DNA from: Gemmatales bacterium
Lineage (GTDB): Bacteria > Planctomycetota > Planctomycetia > Gemmatales > HRBIN36
NCBI GenBank assembly: GCA_041640595.1
Contig: JBEPZY010000001.1
Span: 1,201,195 to 1,265,194, forward strand
DNA length: 64,000 nucleotides
Reading direction: 5' to 3'
The notes below the pieces were generated by a model that worked only from the letters and a program-made list of their open reading frames with translations, had not been told where the DNA came from and made no database searches. Positions 51,079-62,945 of the stretch are shown here, piece after piece (position 1 is the stretch's first letter; every line of letters begins with the position of its first letter). Made by a program: the position numbers and the translations under genes.

Positions 51079-52322
51079 TTGAGGAAAGTCTCCGCCGGTT
51101 CATTTTTAGGTACCACTACCACACCGGATTCGGTAACCGTGAAACCACGCCGGCGATCATGGTCGAGGTCATAACCTAGACGGGTCCCGGGAGGAATACG
51201 CACCCCCTTATCAATGATCGCTCGACGAATACGGCAATGACGCCCCACATCCACACCTTCAAACAGGATCGAATCTTCCACTAACGCATAACTGTTGATG
51301 CGCACGTTGGGAGATAAGATGCTCCGATAGACATGCCCGCCACTAATAATGCAGCCGTTACATACCATGCTATCAATAGCCTCGCCCCGCCGCACTTCGG
51401 GTCCTATACCCTGATCACCAAACACAAACTTTGGCGGTGGGAGTTGCGGTTGATAAGTGCGAATTGGCCAATCGCGATCATAAAGGTTTAGCACCGGGTC
51501 CACGGCGATTAAGTCCATATTCGCCTGGTAATAGGAATCCAGGGTGCCGACGTCCCGCCAGTAAGGCTCTGCCTTGCGGTTCATGTCGCGGAAATGATAG
51601 GCAAAGACGCGATAACCGTTTTCGATCATGGTCGGGATAATATTCTGACCGAAATCGTGCTTGCTTTCTTTATCGAGTGCGTCCTGGCACAGGATATCGA
51701 ACAATAAACGAGCATTGAAAACATAAATACCCATAGAAGCCAGGCACTTATCCACGCTGCCTGGCATGGGTTTAGCTTCACGCGGTTTCTCGCGAAAAAC
51801 CTGAATACGCTGCTGGGCGTCCACTTCCATGATCCCGAAATGATGGCATTGCTGAAGCGGTACAGGTATGCAACCGATGGTCAGGTCTGCGCCTGCCTCC
51901 ACATGAAAACGCAACATGTCGCTGTAATCCATCTTGTAAATGTGGTCGCCAGCTAAGATGAGCAGCAAGTCGGGATTCTCCTGCTCCAGAGCATAAATGT
52001 TCTGGTAAATGGCATCAGCAGTACCTTTATACCAGGTCTCATCCAGGCGTTGTTGAGGTGGCAGGATTTCGATGTACTCGTTCAGCTGACGGCTCAGGAA
52101 ATCCCAGGCCAGGTGAATGTGGCGATCCAGACTAAGGGCCTTATATTGCGTCAAGACAAAAATTTGCCGGAGATGGCTGTTGATGCAATTGGACAAAGGA
52201 AAATCTATAATGCGGTAAAGTCCGCCGAAAGGAACAGCGGGTTTAGCGCGATCGCGAGTGAGCGGCTCCAAGCGAGTTCCCTTGCCCCCTGCTAAGATCA
52301 CGGTAACGACGCGGTGTCTCAT
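51075..52322 (-). CDS. glgC: Glucose-1-phosphate adenylyltransferase
   Basis: LAGGKGTRL, RAKPAVPFGG, GTADA, GDHIYKMDY, ASMGIY, DFG, YWRDVGT. Confidence 0.98.
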   Translation of the reverse strand: MRHRVVTVILAGGKGTRLEPLTRDRAKPAVPFGGLYRIIDFPLSNCINSHLRQIFVLTQYKALSLDRHIHLAWDFLSRQLNEYIEILPPQQRLDETWYKGTADAIYQNIYALEQENPDLLLILAGDHIYKMDYSDMLRFHVEAGADLTIGCIPVPLQQCHHFGIMEVDAQQRIQVFREKPREAKPMPGSVDKCLASMGIYVFNARLLFDILCQDALDKESKHDFGQNIIPTMIENGYRVFAYHFRDMNRKAEPYWRDVGTLDSYYQANMDLIAVDPVLNLYDRDWPIRTYQPQLPPPKFVFGDQGIGPEVRRGEAIDSMVCNGCIISGGHVYRSILSPNVRINSYALVEDSILFEGVDVGRHCRIRRAIIDKGVRIPPGTRLGYDLDHDRRRGFTVTESGVVVVPKNEPAETFLK

Positions 52323-52423
52323 ACTCGGCCCTCCTGGAAAAATCAGCCAAATCCATGCAGTGCCGACCAGGATCCAAAAGCCGGCTCACGGTTGCACCAG
52401 ACGCAGTTTCGTGCATTAGCGGT

Positions 52424-54226
52424 TTACCATTCCAGATAGTTTAGTCGGCGCTGTCCCAGATATAACAATGTAAGCGTAGGAATGCTGCCTACAAGTAGCT
52501 GAGCCAGGCATAAAAGCCATTCGCGTTGACCGGGAGTGCTTGGCCCTTGCTCCAAAACCTGGTCAGGATCAATGGCCGTTTGGAAATCTGCCAGAACAGG
52601 AAGCCCGGCCAATCCGGTCAGCAGCAGCGCCAAGGCAGTGCATACCAGTAACGTCAGTGTGTTACCGTAACTGCTGAGCGGTTGAGTGAGGCTGAAGGCA
52701 TGCGGCTCGACAAAGAGTCCGCCCAGACTTACGCTAACCCCGGCCAGGGTCAAACCCAGAATCACTGCCGCGGAGGTGTGTAATAAACCAGAACTGGCAT
52801 CCATCTGCAATACCCAGTGGCTCAGGCTTGTTACCGCCAGTGCACCAACCGTTCCCAGCAGTCCCGTGAATAGCCACTTGCTCCACAACAAGCCCGAGCG
52901 ACGAACCGGACTCATACCCAGTAACCAGAAAGTGCGGATTTCCTGAGCCACGAGTGGATATACAAACCGGCTGGCCCAGGTAGCCAGTGTCAGGGCCACC
53001 ATGGCCAGATTGAACAAATGAAGCATACGCCGAAGATAAAAAGGTATAGTCTCGTGGCCAAACTGGAACACTGTCCAGAAGTAGATCGCCAGCACACAGG
53101 CCAAGATGCCGAGTTGGGCCCACTGAACGGGATCGCGGCAAAGAGTCACCAGGTCTTTACGCAGTAAAGCACGTGTCGGTCGAGAAAACCAGGAAGTGGC
53201 AGCGGCAAGAATTGTCAACGACCAGCCGAAAGACGGTTGGCCACGCCGATCGCCCAGACCGGCGATCGTGGCATAAGTGCGGCGGTAGATGCGTCCGGCA
53301 AACGTAACCGTGAGCAGATACAAAACCAGGGCATTGCTCCAGAGCAAAGCAGCAAAAAATAACGACTTGGTGAAATTACCCGCCGCTGCCTCTACCAATC
53401 CGGAGCTCCACCATCGGCTGGGGGCGAGAAACCATTGCATCGGCCGCAACTGCCGCACTAACTGCCGCAGCCACGCAAATAAACCCTGGTTCAGGTTCGC
53501 TGGAGGGACAATCGCTCCCAACCACCAGGCCAGCAACAGCACGGCGCCGAGTATTAAGCCGATTAACAGCCGCTTGCTCTGACCGGGAATGCTATACGCC
53601 ACCAGCAGGCAAACCAAACATGCAAACGACCCGGCAAGCACCAGCAGACCGCCGAGCATGACCACAAGCATTCCATAAGACCACCCAGGCGCGTGCAAAT
53701 GTCTCAGCCACTCCGTCAACACGGGCGTGGGCAAAAGTAACATCATCCACAGCCCCGGAATGAGTGTCCGCAGCCATTTGTATGCGAAAATCCGCTCCGC
53801 ACTCAACGGCGAGCATAATAGCAACGGACTATCCGGTGCCCGGAACAATTCCAGGTAACAGCACAGTCCTGCAGAAAAGGCCACCAGTCCGGCAAGAATT
53901 ACCGCAAGTGCTCCCAGCACCAGCGAACTGAACTGACGCATTACGTAGGCAGGCAAAACGGTACCGGCAAGTACGTCGAGCCCGGTCGCAGTCAACGCGG
54001 CTAAACTGAACCAGAGAATCACAGCGACAACAACCATAAGAGCGGTTCGTAACCATGCCCGGGTGAGATTCACCCGCAAGTGGTTGCATAATAACCGCCA
54101 GGCCAATCGCCACATCACGCCGGTACCCGAGGTTCGCGGCTGGCGGTAAGCCTCTGGCACGAGCCTGCCCGCAACGGTGGCGTGTTTGGTCGGGTTGGGA
54201 TCATGCGGTTCCAGCATCATAGCCAT
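52424..54226 (-). CDS. Putative ABC exporter permease (multi-TM)
   Basis: About 12 TM segments; LLCSP....IF..K, RKDL....RDP.QW, RFVYP....E...FW; overlaps the ATPase gene. Confidence 0.8.
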   Translation of the reverse strand: MAMMLEPHDPNPTKHATVAGRLVPEAYRQPRTSGTGVMWRLAWRLLCNHLRVNLTRAWLRTALMVVVAVILWFSLAALTATGLDVLAGTVLPAYVMRQFSSLVLGALAVILAGLVAFSAGLCCYLELFRAPDSPLLLCSPLSAERIFAYKWLRTLIPGLWMMLLLPTPVLTEWLRHLHAPGWSYGMLVVMLGGLLVLAGSFACLVCLLVAYSIPGQSKRLLIGLILGAVLLLAWWLGAIVPPANLNQGLFAWLRQLVRQLRPMQWFLAPSRWWSSGLVEAAAGNFTKSLFFAALLWSNALVLYLLTVTFAGRIYRRTYATIAGLGDRRGQPSFGWSLTILAAATSWFSRPTRALLRKDLVTLCRDPVQWAQLGILACVLAIYFWTVFQFGHETIPFYLRRMLHLFNLAMVALTLATWASRFVYPLVAQEIRTFWLLGMSPVRRSGLLWSKWLFTGLLGTVGALAVTSLSHWVLQMDASSGLLHTSAAVILGLTLAGVSVSLGGLFVEPHAFSLTQPLSSYGNTLTLLVCTALALLLTGLAGLPVLADFQTAIDPDQVLEQGPSTPGQREWLLCLAQLLVGSIPTLTLLYLGQRRLNYLEW

Positions 54227-55007
54227 CCGCTTGCACCGGTTTGCCAGAAGCGAAGCGGTTTGCCTGCTCGCCTTTTCCGGCAGTTAGCCGCAAGAAAATT
54301 TCTTCCAGCGAGCCATGACTGCTAGCACGCTGCCGCAGTTCTTCGAGTGTGCCCACCGCGACCAGCTGGCCGCGATCCACGATAGCGATACGATCCGCCA
54401 GGGCTTCCACCAGGTCTAGCGAATGCGTGGAAAGAAAAACCGTACCGCCCTGCCGGGTTTGGATGCGAAGCAGATTTTTGAGGGCACGCATACCGAATGG
54501 ATCAAGTCCCAGAGTCGGTTCATCAACCACGAGCACCGGAGCTTCATGCAACAGCGCCGCCGCAAATGCCACGCGCTGCTTCATGCCATGAGAGTAAGTT
54601 TCCGTCAGGTCGTCGAGGTAACCGTGGAGCTCGAACAACTCGACCAGTTCCGCTATCCGTCTCCGTCCTTGCTGGTAATCTACGCCGTACAGGTCGAGCA
54701 CCAACTCGAAAAACTCGCGGCCGGTGAGTTTGTCGTACAGGTGCGGATTGTCGGGGACGTAACTCACACAAAGTCGCGCCTGGTCGGATTGTTCCTGAAC
54801 GTCGTATCCGCAAACGCGAATGCAACCGGCACTGGGACGTAACAACCCGCAGATCATTTTGATGGTGGTGGTTTTGCCAGCACCGTTGGGTCCGAGAAAG
54901 GCAAACAGCTCACCGCGGTGGACGGTCAACGTCAGTTTATGAACGGCAACCTTTTTGCCGAAGGTGCGGGTCACTTCCACCAGTTCGATCGCCGCAGGAT
55001 GTTGCAT
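54201..55007 (-). CDS. ABC transporter ATP-binding protein
   Basis: GPNGAGKTT, YSHGMKQR, VVDEP, STH. Confidence 0.95.
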   Translation of the reverse strand: MQHPAAIELVEVTRTFGKKVAVHKLTLTVHRGELFAFLGPNGAGKTTTIKMICGLLRPSAGCIRVCGYDVQEQSDQARLCVSYVPDNPHLYDKLTGREFFELVLDLYGVDYQQGRRRIAELVELFELHGYLDDLTETYSHGMKQRVAFAAALLHEAPVLVVDEPTLGLDPFGMRALKNLLRIQTRQGGTVFLSTHSLDLVEALADRIAIVDRGQLVAVGTLEELRQRASSHGSLEEIFLRLTAGKGEQANRFASGKPVQADGYDAGTA

Positions 55008-55015
55008 GAATCACC

Positions 55016-55939
55016 TCAGGGCATGCGATACAGCCAGGCCGGCGGCACCAGTAAATCCTGGCGTGTGACCTGCGTTTGTCGTATGACCAGCAGCTCCATA
55101 TTCCCCCAGCCAACGACCTGCTGCAAAACCACATCCCGCAGCGGCGGTTGCTGGGCTACCCACCATTGCATTTCGACAGGCTCCTGGCGAACTCGAACCA
55201 CCAGGCAGGAGTATGTCTGGCCCTGCCAGGTGAGGTTCACCGGTTTGGGTTCCACCACCGCAGTATGCACGCCTCCCGGCACGCCCGACAATCGCAAGGC
55301 GTTCACCCAGGGCAACGCCCACGATTGTCCTGGTCGCAAAGATGGTAACCGGTCTGGCGGTCCGAGACTGTTCACCGGCAGCGCTTTCAACGACCAGGGT
55401 AATGCCGATTCCTGCCGCCAGACTCCGCCCGGCAAATTAAGCATCCAGCGCATCGTCGCCTCGCCGTCGTGCCGGGGAATTACGTCCAGCATTATTAACC
55501 ACCGTCCCCAGGCTGACCATCCCCCTACAATCCGCAGCCGTTGCAATTCCCCAAACAGCCCCGCATCCAGCCGAGATTCCAGTCGCAGTTGCCCTGCCGA
55601 TTCCGGAATGGGAAGCTCGTGCCACACTTGCCCCACATCCATCTCCAATTGATGAACTATACAGACGATGCCGCTTTGTTCGTCGCGCTGAACCTGAGAT
55701 ACTATCACTCCCACAGCCATGGGTTCCAGCCACTGGCCGTCAGGTCCACGCGTCCGGCGAAAGACATGCCACTCGATCGGCTCAGTTGTAGCGTCCGTGA
55801 AAGACTCCGTCAGGGCAGGTGGCAGGCTGCGGTGGTACTGCCACTCCCGTAAGAGGAAGGTCCCCATCGTCCCCAGCCAGAAACCAATTATCACGCAACG
55901 GACTAATCGTTGCAGCATGAGGACACCCCGCTTCCCCAT
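55016..55939 (-). CDS. Hypothetical membrane-anchored protein, first gene of the ABC operon
   Basis: N-terminal TM (IIGFWLGTMGTFL); 8 bp from the ATPase start. Confidence 0.75.
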   Translation of the reverse strand: MGKRGVLMLQRLVRCVIIGFWLGTMGTFLLREWQYHRSLPPALTESFTDATTEPIEWHVFRRTRGPDGQWLEPMAVGVIVSQVQRDEQSGIVCIVHQLEMDVGQVWHELPIPESAGQLRLESRLDAGLFGELQRLRIVGGWSAWGRWLIMLDVIPRHDGEATMRWMLNLPGGVWRQESALPWSLKALPVNSLGPPDRLPSLRPGQSWALPWVNALRLSGVPGGVHTAVVEPKPVNLTWQGQTYSCLVVRVRQEPVEMQWWVAQQPPLRDVVLQQVVGWGNMELLVIRQTQVTRQDLLVPPAWLYRMP

Positions 55940-56275
55940 TCTTCGGCTGAGAATTGCCAGTTTCCCGCGGGCGTGAAGACGATTGTAATCAGCGGCACGT
56001 GTTTCTGCAACCAGGCAGCATCACAAGGGCAGGTAGCCCGTATTCCTCGACTGGCGCCGACAGGACAGGTTACCTGAACCAATATGTTCGCCCACAGCCT
56101 CGCCCTCAAGCGGATGAACGAGCAACAAGCTGTCGCGTATAAAAGTAGTGATTCATTCAGCATGCCCAACGCTGGCTATTCCTGCCCGGTGCCTCGTCAG
56201 GCACAAGGACTGCAGCCCTGAATTCCGGTCGGCCCACCTTCAGAACGAAACTTTCTAACCTGGTCGGAGGAAGCC

Positions 56276-57685
56276 GTGTTTTTGCTCTCCTTAGCTGCCA
56301 GTCAACCAGATTCTTTCGGTGGCGAACATCTCTGGACGATTGACCAAATCGTCGCGGTGTTGCGGCGGGTGCACGTGGAAGAAATGCTCTTGCCGCTACT
56401 TCTCCAGCTGGTGCTGATCATTGTGGTGGCGCGGATATTCGCTACCCTGGCCCGGCGAGTGTACCAGCCCGGAGTAGTAGGAGAAATTGTGGCGGGCCTG
56501 GTGCTTGGTCCCTCGGTACTGGGTGCGCTATTTCCGCAAGTTTTCAGCTGGCTTTTTCACCCTGGTCTGCCCCAGGTGCCCCACGCGCTGGCCGACCAGG
56601 TGCTCAGTTCAGTGATGAGCACACTCAGTCAGCTGGGTTTGATTTTTCTGCTGTTTCTCGTGGGGCTGGAGTTCGATTTCGGGCATCTACGCTGGCACGG
56701 ATATGCAGCATTCCTGATTTCCCTGGTCGGAATCGCCTTCCCCTTTTTGCTGGGCCTCGGATTAGCGCAGTGGATGTATCCGTATGTAGAACCCCTGCCA
56801 CGCCTGGGTTTTTCGCTGTTTCTGGCTACTGCGCTTTCCATCACGGCTTTGCCAATCCTCGGCCGGATGATGATCGAACTCAACATAACGCGCACCCGGC
56901 TGGGAACCATTACTATTTCGGCTGCCGCCGTGGATGACGCCGGAGGATGGATTTTGCTTGCAGCCGTGGCAGCCCTGGCGCGGGCCGATTTCAATCCCTG
57001 GAAAATCGCGGCGATGGCTGCGGAAACGGTTGGCTTTGCCTTGCTTATGGTTATTTTGGGCCGACCCCTGGCGCGTTACTTTGCCGCACGTCTAACCGAG
57101 CGCGGCGACGGTGAAATCACCATCAACGAGCTGGCAGCTTTGCTAACGATAGTTTTGCTCTGTGCCCTGGTTACCAATCTCATCGGCATCTTCGCAATTT
57201 TTGGTGCGTTCCTTTTTGGAGCGATCTGTTCGCGGGAAGCGGTGTTGCGGGAGGCCGTTCGTCGTCGGATGCTCGATTTTGTCAGCGCCTTTTTCCTGCC
57301 TATCTTTTTTACCTACACGGGCCTGCGCACCGATGTGGGAACGCTCGATTCCCGCGTGTTATGGGGGTTTTGCGTCGTGGTCATTCTGGCGGCTATTGTG
57401 GGCAAACTGATCGGCTGCATGTGTGCGGCTCGAATAGGCGGGTTCAGCTGGCGCGAATCGTTCTGTATTGGCACCATGATGAACACGCGGGCACTCATGG
57501 CGCTGGTAGTCATCAACGTGGGCCGCGATTTGGGCGTAATTTCCCCCAGTATCTTCTGCATGCTGGTGCTGATGGCTGTTCTGACCACGCTGATGACCAC
57601 TCCGCTTTTGCTGCTCGCCATGCCGGGCACCGAGCTGGAGCCTTACATTCGAGCTTCCGGTTTCTTACGCCAACCGGGAAAATGA
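56276..57685 (+). CDS. Cation:proton antiporter (CPA2 family)
   Basis: QPGVVGEIVAGLVLGPS, FLVGLE, SITALPILGR, AAVDD..GW, FLPIFF, GK, MNTR. Confidence 0.93.
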   Translation: MFLLSLAASQPDSFGGEHLWTIDQIVAVLRRVHVEEMLLPLLLQLVLIIVVARIFATLARRVYQPGVVGEIVAGLVLGPSVLGALFPQVFSWLFHPGLPQVPHALADQVLSSVMSTLSQLGLIFLLFLVGLEFDFGHLRWHGYAAFLISLVGIAFPFLLGLGLAQWMYPYVEPLPRLGFSLFLATALSITALPILGRMMIELNITRTRLGTITISAAAVDDAGGWILLAAVAALARADFNPWKIAAMAAETVGFALLMVILGRPLARYFAARLTERGDGEITINELAALLTIVLLCALVTNLIGIFAIFGAFLFGAICSREAVLREAVRRRMLDFVSAFFLPIFFTYTGLRTDVGTLDSRVLWGFCVVVILAAIVGKLIGCMCAARIGGFSWRESFCIGTMMNTRALMALVVINVGRDLGVISPSIFCMLVLMAVLTTLMTTPLLLLAMPGTELEPYIRASGFLRQPGK

Positions 57686-57770
57686 GTATGTGCCTGCAAC
57701 CAGTGCAACCTTCCCTCGCCAGAGGCTCAAACGCTCAACCGGGCCGACTTCTTCGGCCCCACCAATCCGC

Positions 57771-59206
<1,436 letters not shown>

Positions 59207-59454
59207 TTACGCTAACCCTCGTTCGCCCTGCTCTGCACTTACGTAATTGCGGGGCCACCTGGCACGTTCTCCTAATAAGCGATCCTAACGCTGAACAGTG
59301 CGGGAACACCCGAAGCCAGGCAGGCCTTCTACGAATCGGCGACGAAAGTTTCGATGGTAGGATGCAAGCAGTGAGCAAGCACTGGCCAAAGCAGCGACAA
59401 TGGCGTTGCCGCTATCCACCTGCTTCGCGATCGCGCTACCGCGTGGGCATAATC

Positions 59455-60855
59455 TCATTCCCGGGATGGAATCGTGGCGGGGACTTCCCAGATTCGCAAG
59501 GTACCATCGGCGCTGCAGGATGCGATGCGTTTGCCGTCAGGCGAAACCGCCACGTCGGTGATGCCCATACTGTGTCCTTCTCCAACGGCCAGTTTGCGAC
59601 CGGAAATGTCCCAGAGATAAACGCGGCTCGGCAAATCGAGATAGTCCACCCATTTTCCCCTTAGCGGGGGATCAGCAGCTACGTCAGGCGGGACGACCTT
59701 CCACCCCTTGCAAAACTCGCCGCTGACAAACCATGAATCGTTCGGAGACACCGCCACAGCCAGCACTGCACCCGCATGGTGACAACGGGCGATTTTCTTG
59801 CCGCTTTCGTCCCATACGAGCACGAACCCTTCGCTCTGCCCGTCGTCCTTACCAATCACCAGTGCGAGGCCACGACCATACCTAAAGAGGTAGTCCTCTC
59901 CCTGGGCGTGAGCGGAAACCCAGTACCGCTGATGCTTCACCTGCATCCAATCCAGGTCGTAAACTCTGTCTGCATCCCGGCCAGGTTTCTCGGGGTCTTC
60001 GATTTGCCAGTGCCGCACCTTCTTTCGCGTGTCCAGGTCCCAAAAGGCGATTCGAAAATAGTTTCCGGCCACAGCGACTTCGCGGAACTTCTTCCTGGAG
60101 CGGGGATCACCAGACGCCGGGTCGAACGCCAGACAAAGAAGCTGGTTGCAGGTCGCGTCCCAGGCGTTAATCTCCCGTTTGTTTTCCCCAGGTCGCCAGG
60201 TCTGCGCGAAAGCTAAACTAGGTGGGTTGGAGGCCGTCCAGACCACATCCCACCATGTGATTCGCTGTCCGGAGTACACCGCCGCTAGGGTCAACCCATC
60301 CGGCGAAACCCGCACCGCATGGACCCAGCGGTTGGTACCTTCCAGAGCCACTTTGAGGTCGCCGTGTTTTCTACCCGCTTGAAACTGATGCTTTTTGATG
60401 CCCGCGCCCTTGTCCTCGAACACCCTATCGCGAACCTCCCAGACCTGCACTTTTTCGTAGTCGTTGAATGCTATCCAATACCCCTGCGGCTCAATAGTTA
60501 GCCGGTAAACCCCCGGCGGAATGTTGCGGCGTTCTTCGATGGTCGCTACCGCCCGTTCCCACAGTAGCTGGCCCTTAGCAATATCCCAACTTCGCAGAAA
60601 GACCTGTCCGCTCTTCGGTGCGAAACTGGTCGTGTACACGCGCTGGCCATCGGTCGGCGCGAAGACTACCGACAGAAACCGCTCCGGCATACCGCCGTCT
60701 TTTTTCTCGAAGTTGCAAATTTCTTTCAGCTTGACTGGCTGGGATGGCTCAGCCGGTTTGTTCGCCCCTGCGTGGATGCTGCACAGCGATAGACACCACA
60801 CCAGGGTCGCCAGTATCATCCCAGTCAGAGCTGCTTTCGTCCTCTTTTGGGTCAT
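59455..60855 (-). CDS. Secreted WD40-repeat beta-propeller protein
   Basis: Signal peptide; VSPDG, AFWD, LWD, GHSMGITDVAVSPDGKRIASCSADGTLRIWE. Confidence 0.88.
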   Translation of the reverse strand: MTQKRTKAALTGMILATLVWCLSLCSIHAGANKPAEPSQPVKLKEICNFEKKDGGMPERFLSVVFAPTDGQRVYTTSFAPKSGQVFLRSWDIAKGQLLWERAVATIEERRNIPPGVYRLTIEPQGYWIAFNDYEKVQVWEVRDRVFEDKGAGIKKHQFQAGRKHGDLKVALEGTNRWVHAVRVSPDGLTLAAVYSGQRITWWDVVWTASNPPSLAFAQTWRPGENKREINAWDATCNQLLCLAFDPASGDPRSRKKFREVAVAGNYFRIAFWDLDTRKKVRHWQIEDPEKPGRDADRVYDLDWMQVKHQRYWVSAHAQGEDYLFRYGRGLALVIGKDDGQSEGFVLVWDESGKKIARCHHAGAVLAVAVSPNDSWFVSGEFCKGWKVVPPDVAADPPLRGKWVDYLDLPSRVYLWDISGRKLAVGEGHSMGITDVAVSPDGKRIASCSADGTLRIWEVPATIPSRE

Positions 60856-61187
60856 GTCTCTTCCCCTCTTTTCGTTGACCTGCACCATCCCGCTGCGCGG
60901 CGGTGCTCGCAGAGAATTTGCCTCGTTCATTTCTTGCCATGCACGGCCGATGTTTCCCGCATCGCGTCCGTACATAAGACGAACCGGCACGCTGCCAGGA
61001 TCGTTCAGGGAATCGGGCAATCACACTCACCTGGATTACCCAGCTTGCCCCCACGCTGATTTCGGTAGATTTGATTCAATCGTTACAATGCTCGCTCCCG
61101 ATGATTAGTAGGGTAATGGCTGGTCATGAGTCCGCTTCTGGACGGTTCCGAGAACCTCTTGCTATACACTCTCGGGGAAATTCGCAG

Positions 61188-62852
61188 ATGCCCAGTAGCA
61201 GGCGGCTCGTCTCTGACGGGCTTGTAGCGGTATTGCTGGCGCTGACCGGCTGCCAAACATGGACGGAACAGTCCTTCCACCTGGATGAATCGCTTTTGAC
61301 CCGAGGAAGCGTTACCCTTACAGGCGCACAGCCGCCTAGCATTTGCGATACCAATGGTTTGGGAGCAATTGCTTCCGGAACCTTAACCACGCAGACCAGC
61401 GAATCGCAGCGTTACCAGTTTGAGCCGGCAAAACCAACGCAGCTGACCCTCGAGCCATGGCCAACCCAGCGCAACCGATTGCTAGACCAGATAGTTGCCA
61501 CCTCCCCAGGCGAATCAGCTATGGGAAGTACAGCCCGCGTGCCTGTATTATCCGACGGTCAAAGCCAGGCGGACAGGGGCGATGCAACAGCCGAAAGCGT
61601 CGAAGCACTGCCGCCAGCCAGGACCGTGCAACCAGGAGCCAGTCAGAACACGCGCGAGCCAGTCCTGGATCTGGATTACCTGGTTGAGCTAGCGCGGCAA
61701 CGACATCCACTCCTAGCGGCCGCTCGACTAAACGTCGAAGCTGCCCGTGGCCGACTCATCCAGGCCGGCTTATATCCCAATCCCGTGGTTGGGTTTGAAA
61801 GCGAAGATATCGCCGAGGGCGGACAGGCGGGCAAGCATGGTCCGTTCTTCGAACAAGAGATTGTCCTGGGCGGGAAATTGCGTTGGGCACAGCAAGTTGC
61901 TGCTGCTGAACTGCTCGCCGCCGACTGGCAAGCGGTGGCTCAGTGGTACGATTTGCTGACGCGGATTCGCCTCGCCTGGGTGGAACTGCTCGCCGCAGAA
62001 AGCGAGTATCGCCTTCATCAGAGCTATGTTCGACTAGTCGGGGAAGAAGAAGGGGGCCTGGTTTTTCAAGCGCGACGGTTAGCGAAGGTGGAAGGTTTTC
62101 GCTGGGAATTGCTCCGAGCCGAGGTGGAACACCAGACGGCCCGTGCTCGCCTGGAGGCCGCCGAACGTCGTCGCCAGGCCGCTCGCCGCGAACTGGCCGC
62201 TCTCCTGGGAGTGAACGAACTGCCCGGCGAAGTCCCTGTCGAGAGACTCAGCTTGCAAATCCCCTCCTATCGCTGGGAAGAAACATTAGCGGCGATCTTG
62301 TCCCGCTCCGCGGAACTCAAGCAGGCCGAGGCTCTGGTGCAGCGGGCGGAAGGGGAATGGCGACTGATTGCGTCGCAAAATATCCCCAACCTGCGCGTGC
62401 GAGTGCGGCCCGGCTACACTTTCAGCGCCAACACTCCGGATGTCAAGGTAGAGGGCGGCATCATGTTGCCCATTTTCAATCGTCAGCAAGGAAACCTTTT
62501 CGCAGCCCAGTCGGAAATCGCCCGACAGGCCCGGCTAGTGGAGAGCCTGCGGCTCGATCTGACACGCCGTCTGGCCGACGCCCTGGGCCGATACGCCGCT
62601 GCGCGACAACAAGCTCAGACCTACGCCGAGCACATCCTGCCTCGCGCCGAGGAATCGCTCAAGGTGATGCGCACCGTTTTCCAACGGGCCAAAGCCGAGG
62701 AATTGCGTTCTGCTTTTCTGGGATTGCTCGAAGCCCACCGTGCCTGGCTGGAAGCCCAGCTCGGTTACCTGCAAGCTCGCCGCGAACTCTGGCTCGCCGT
62801 TTTTGAGATTGCCGGTCTGCTTCAGCAAGAGCGCCTGGAATCCTTGCCCTAA
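61188..62852 (+). CDS. TolC/CzcC-family outer-membrane efflux lipoprotein
   Basis: Lipobox LTGC, HPLLAAA, QAGLYPNP, EQEIVLGGKL, LPIFNRQQG. Confidence 0.9.
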   Translation: MPSSRRLVSDGLVAVLLALTGCQTWTEQSFHLDESLLTRGSVTLTGAQPPSICDTNGLGAIASGTLTTQTSESQRYQFEPAKPTQLTLEPWPTQRNRLLDQIVATSPGESAMGSTARVPVLSDGQSQADRGDATAESVEALPPARTVQPGASQNTREPVLDLDYLVELARQRHPLLAAARLNVEAARGRLIQAGLYPNPVVGFESEDIAEGGQAGKHGPFFEQEIVLGGKLRWAQQVAAAELLAADWQAVAQWYDLLTRIRLAWVELLAAESEYRLHQSYVRLVGEEEGGLVFQARRLAKVEGFRWELLRAEVEHQTARARLEAAERRRQAARRELAALLGVNELPGEVPVERLSLQIPSYRWEETLAAILSRSAELKQAEALVQRAEGEWRLIASQNIPNLRVRVRPGYTFSANTPDVKVEGGIMLPIFNRQQGNLFAAQSEIARQARLVESLRLDLTRRLADALGRYAAARQQAQTYAEHILPRAEESLKVMRTVFQRAKAEELRSAFLGLLEAHRAWLEAQLGYLQARRELWLAVFEIAGLLQQERLESLP

Positions 62853-62945
62853 CTGTTGGACGCCTTGTTAGCGGAAAAATTGCGTATGCTAACGGTGACT
62901 TCCGCCCAGGCAGTACGAGGAGGACACCCCTGGAGCACCATCTTT

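Noticed and set aside
56041..56210. Weak repeats at offsets of about 128-148 (also 21550/21678, 40772/40920) as double insertion scars
   Set aside because: Matches are too short and no intermediate copy is visible; could be chance
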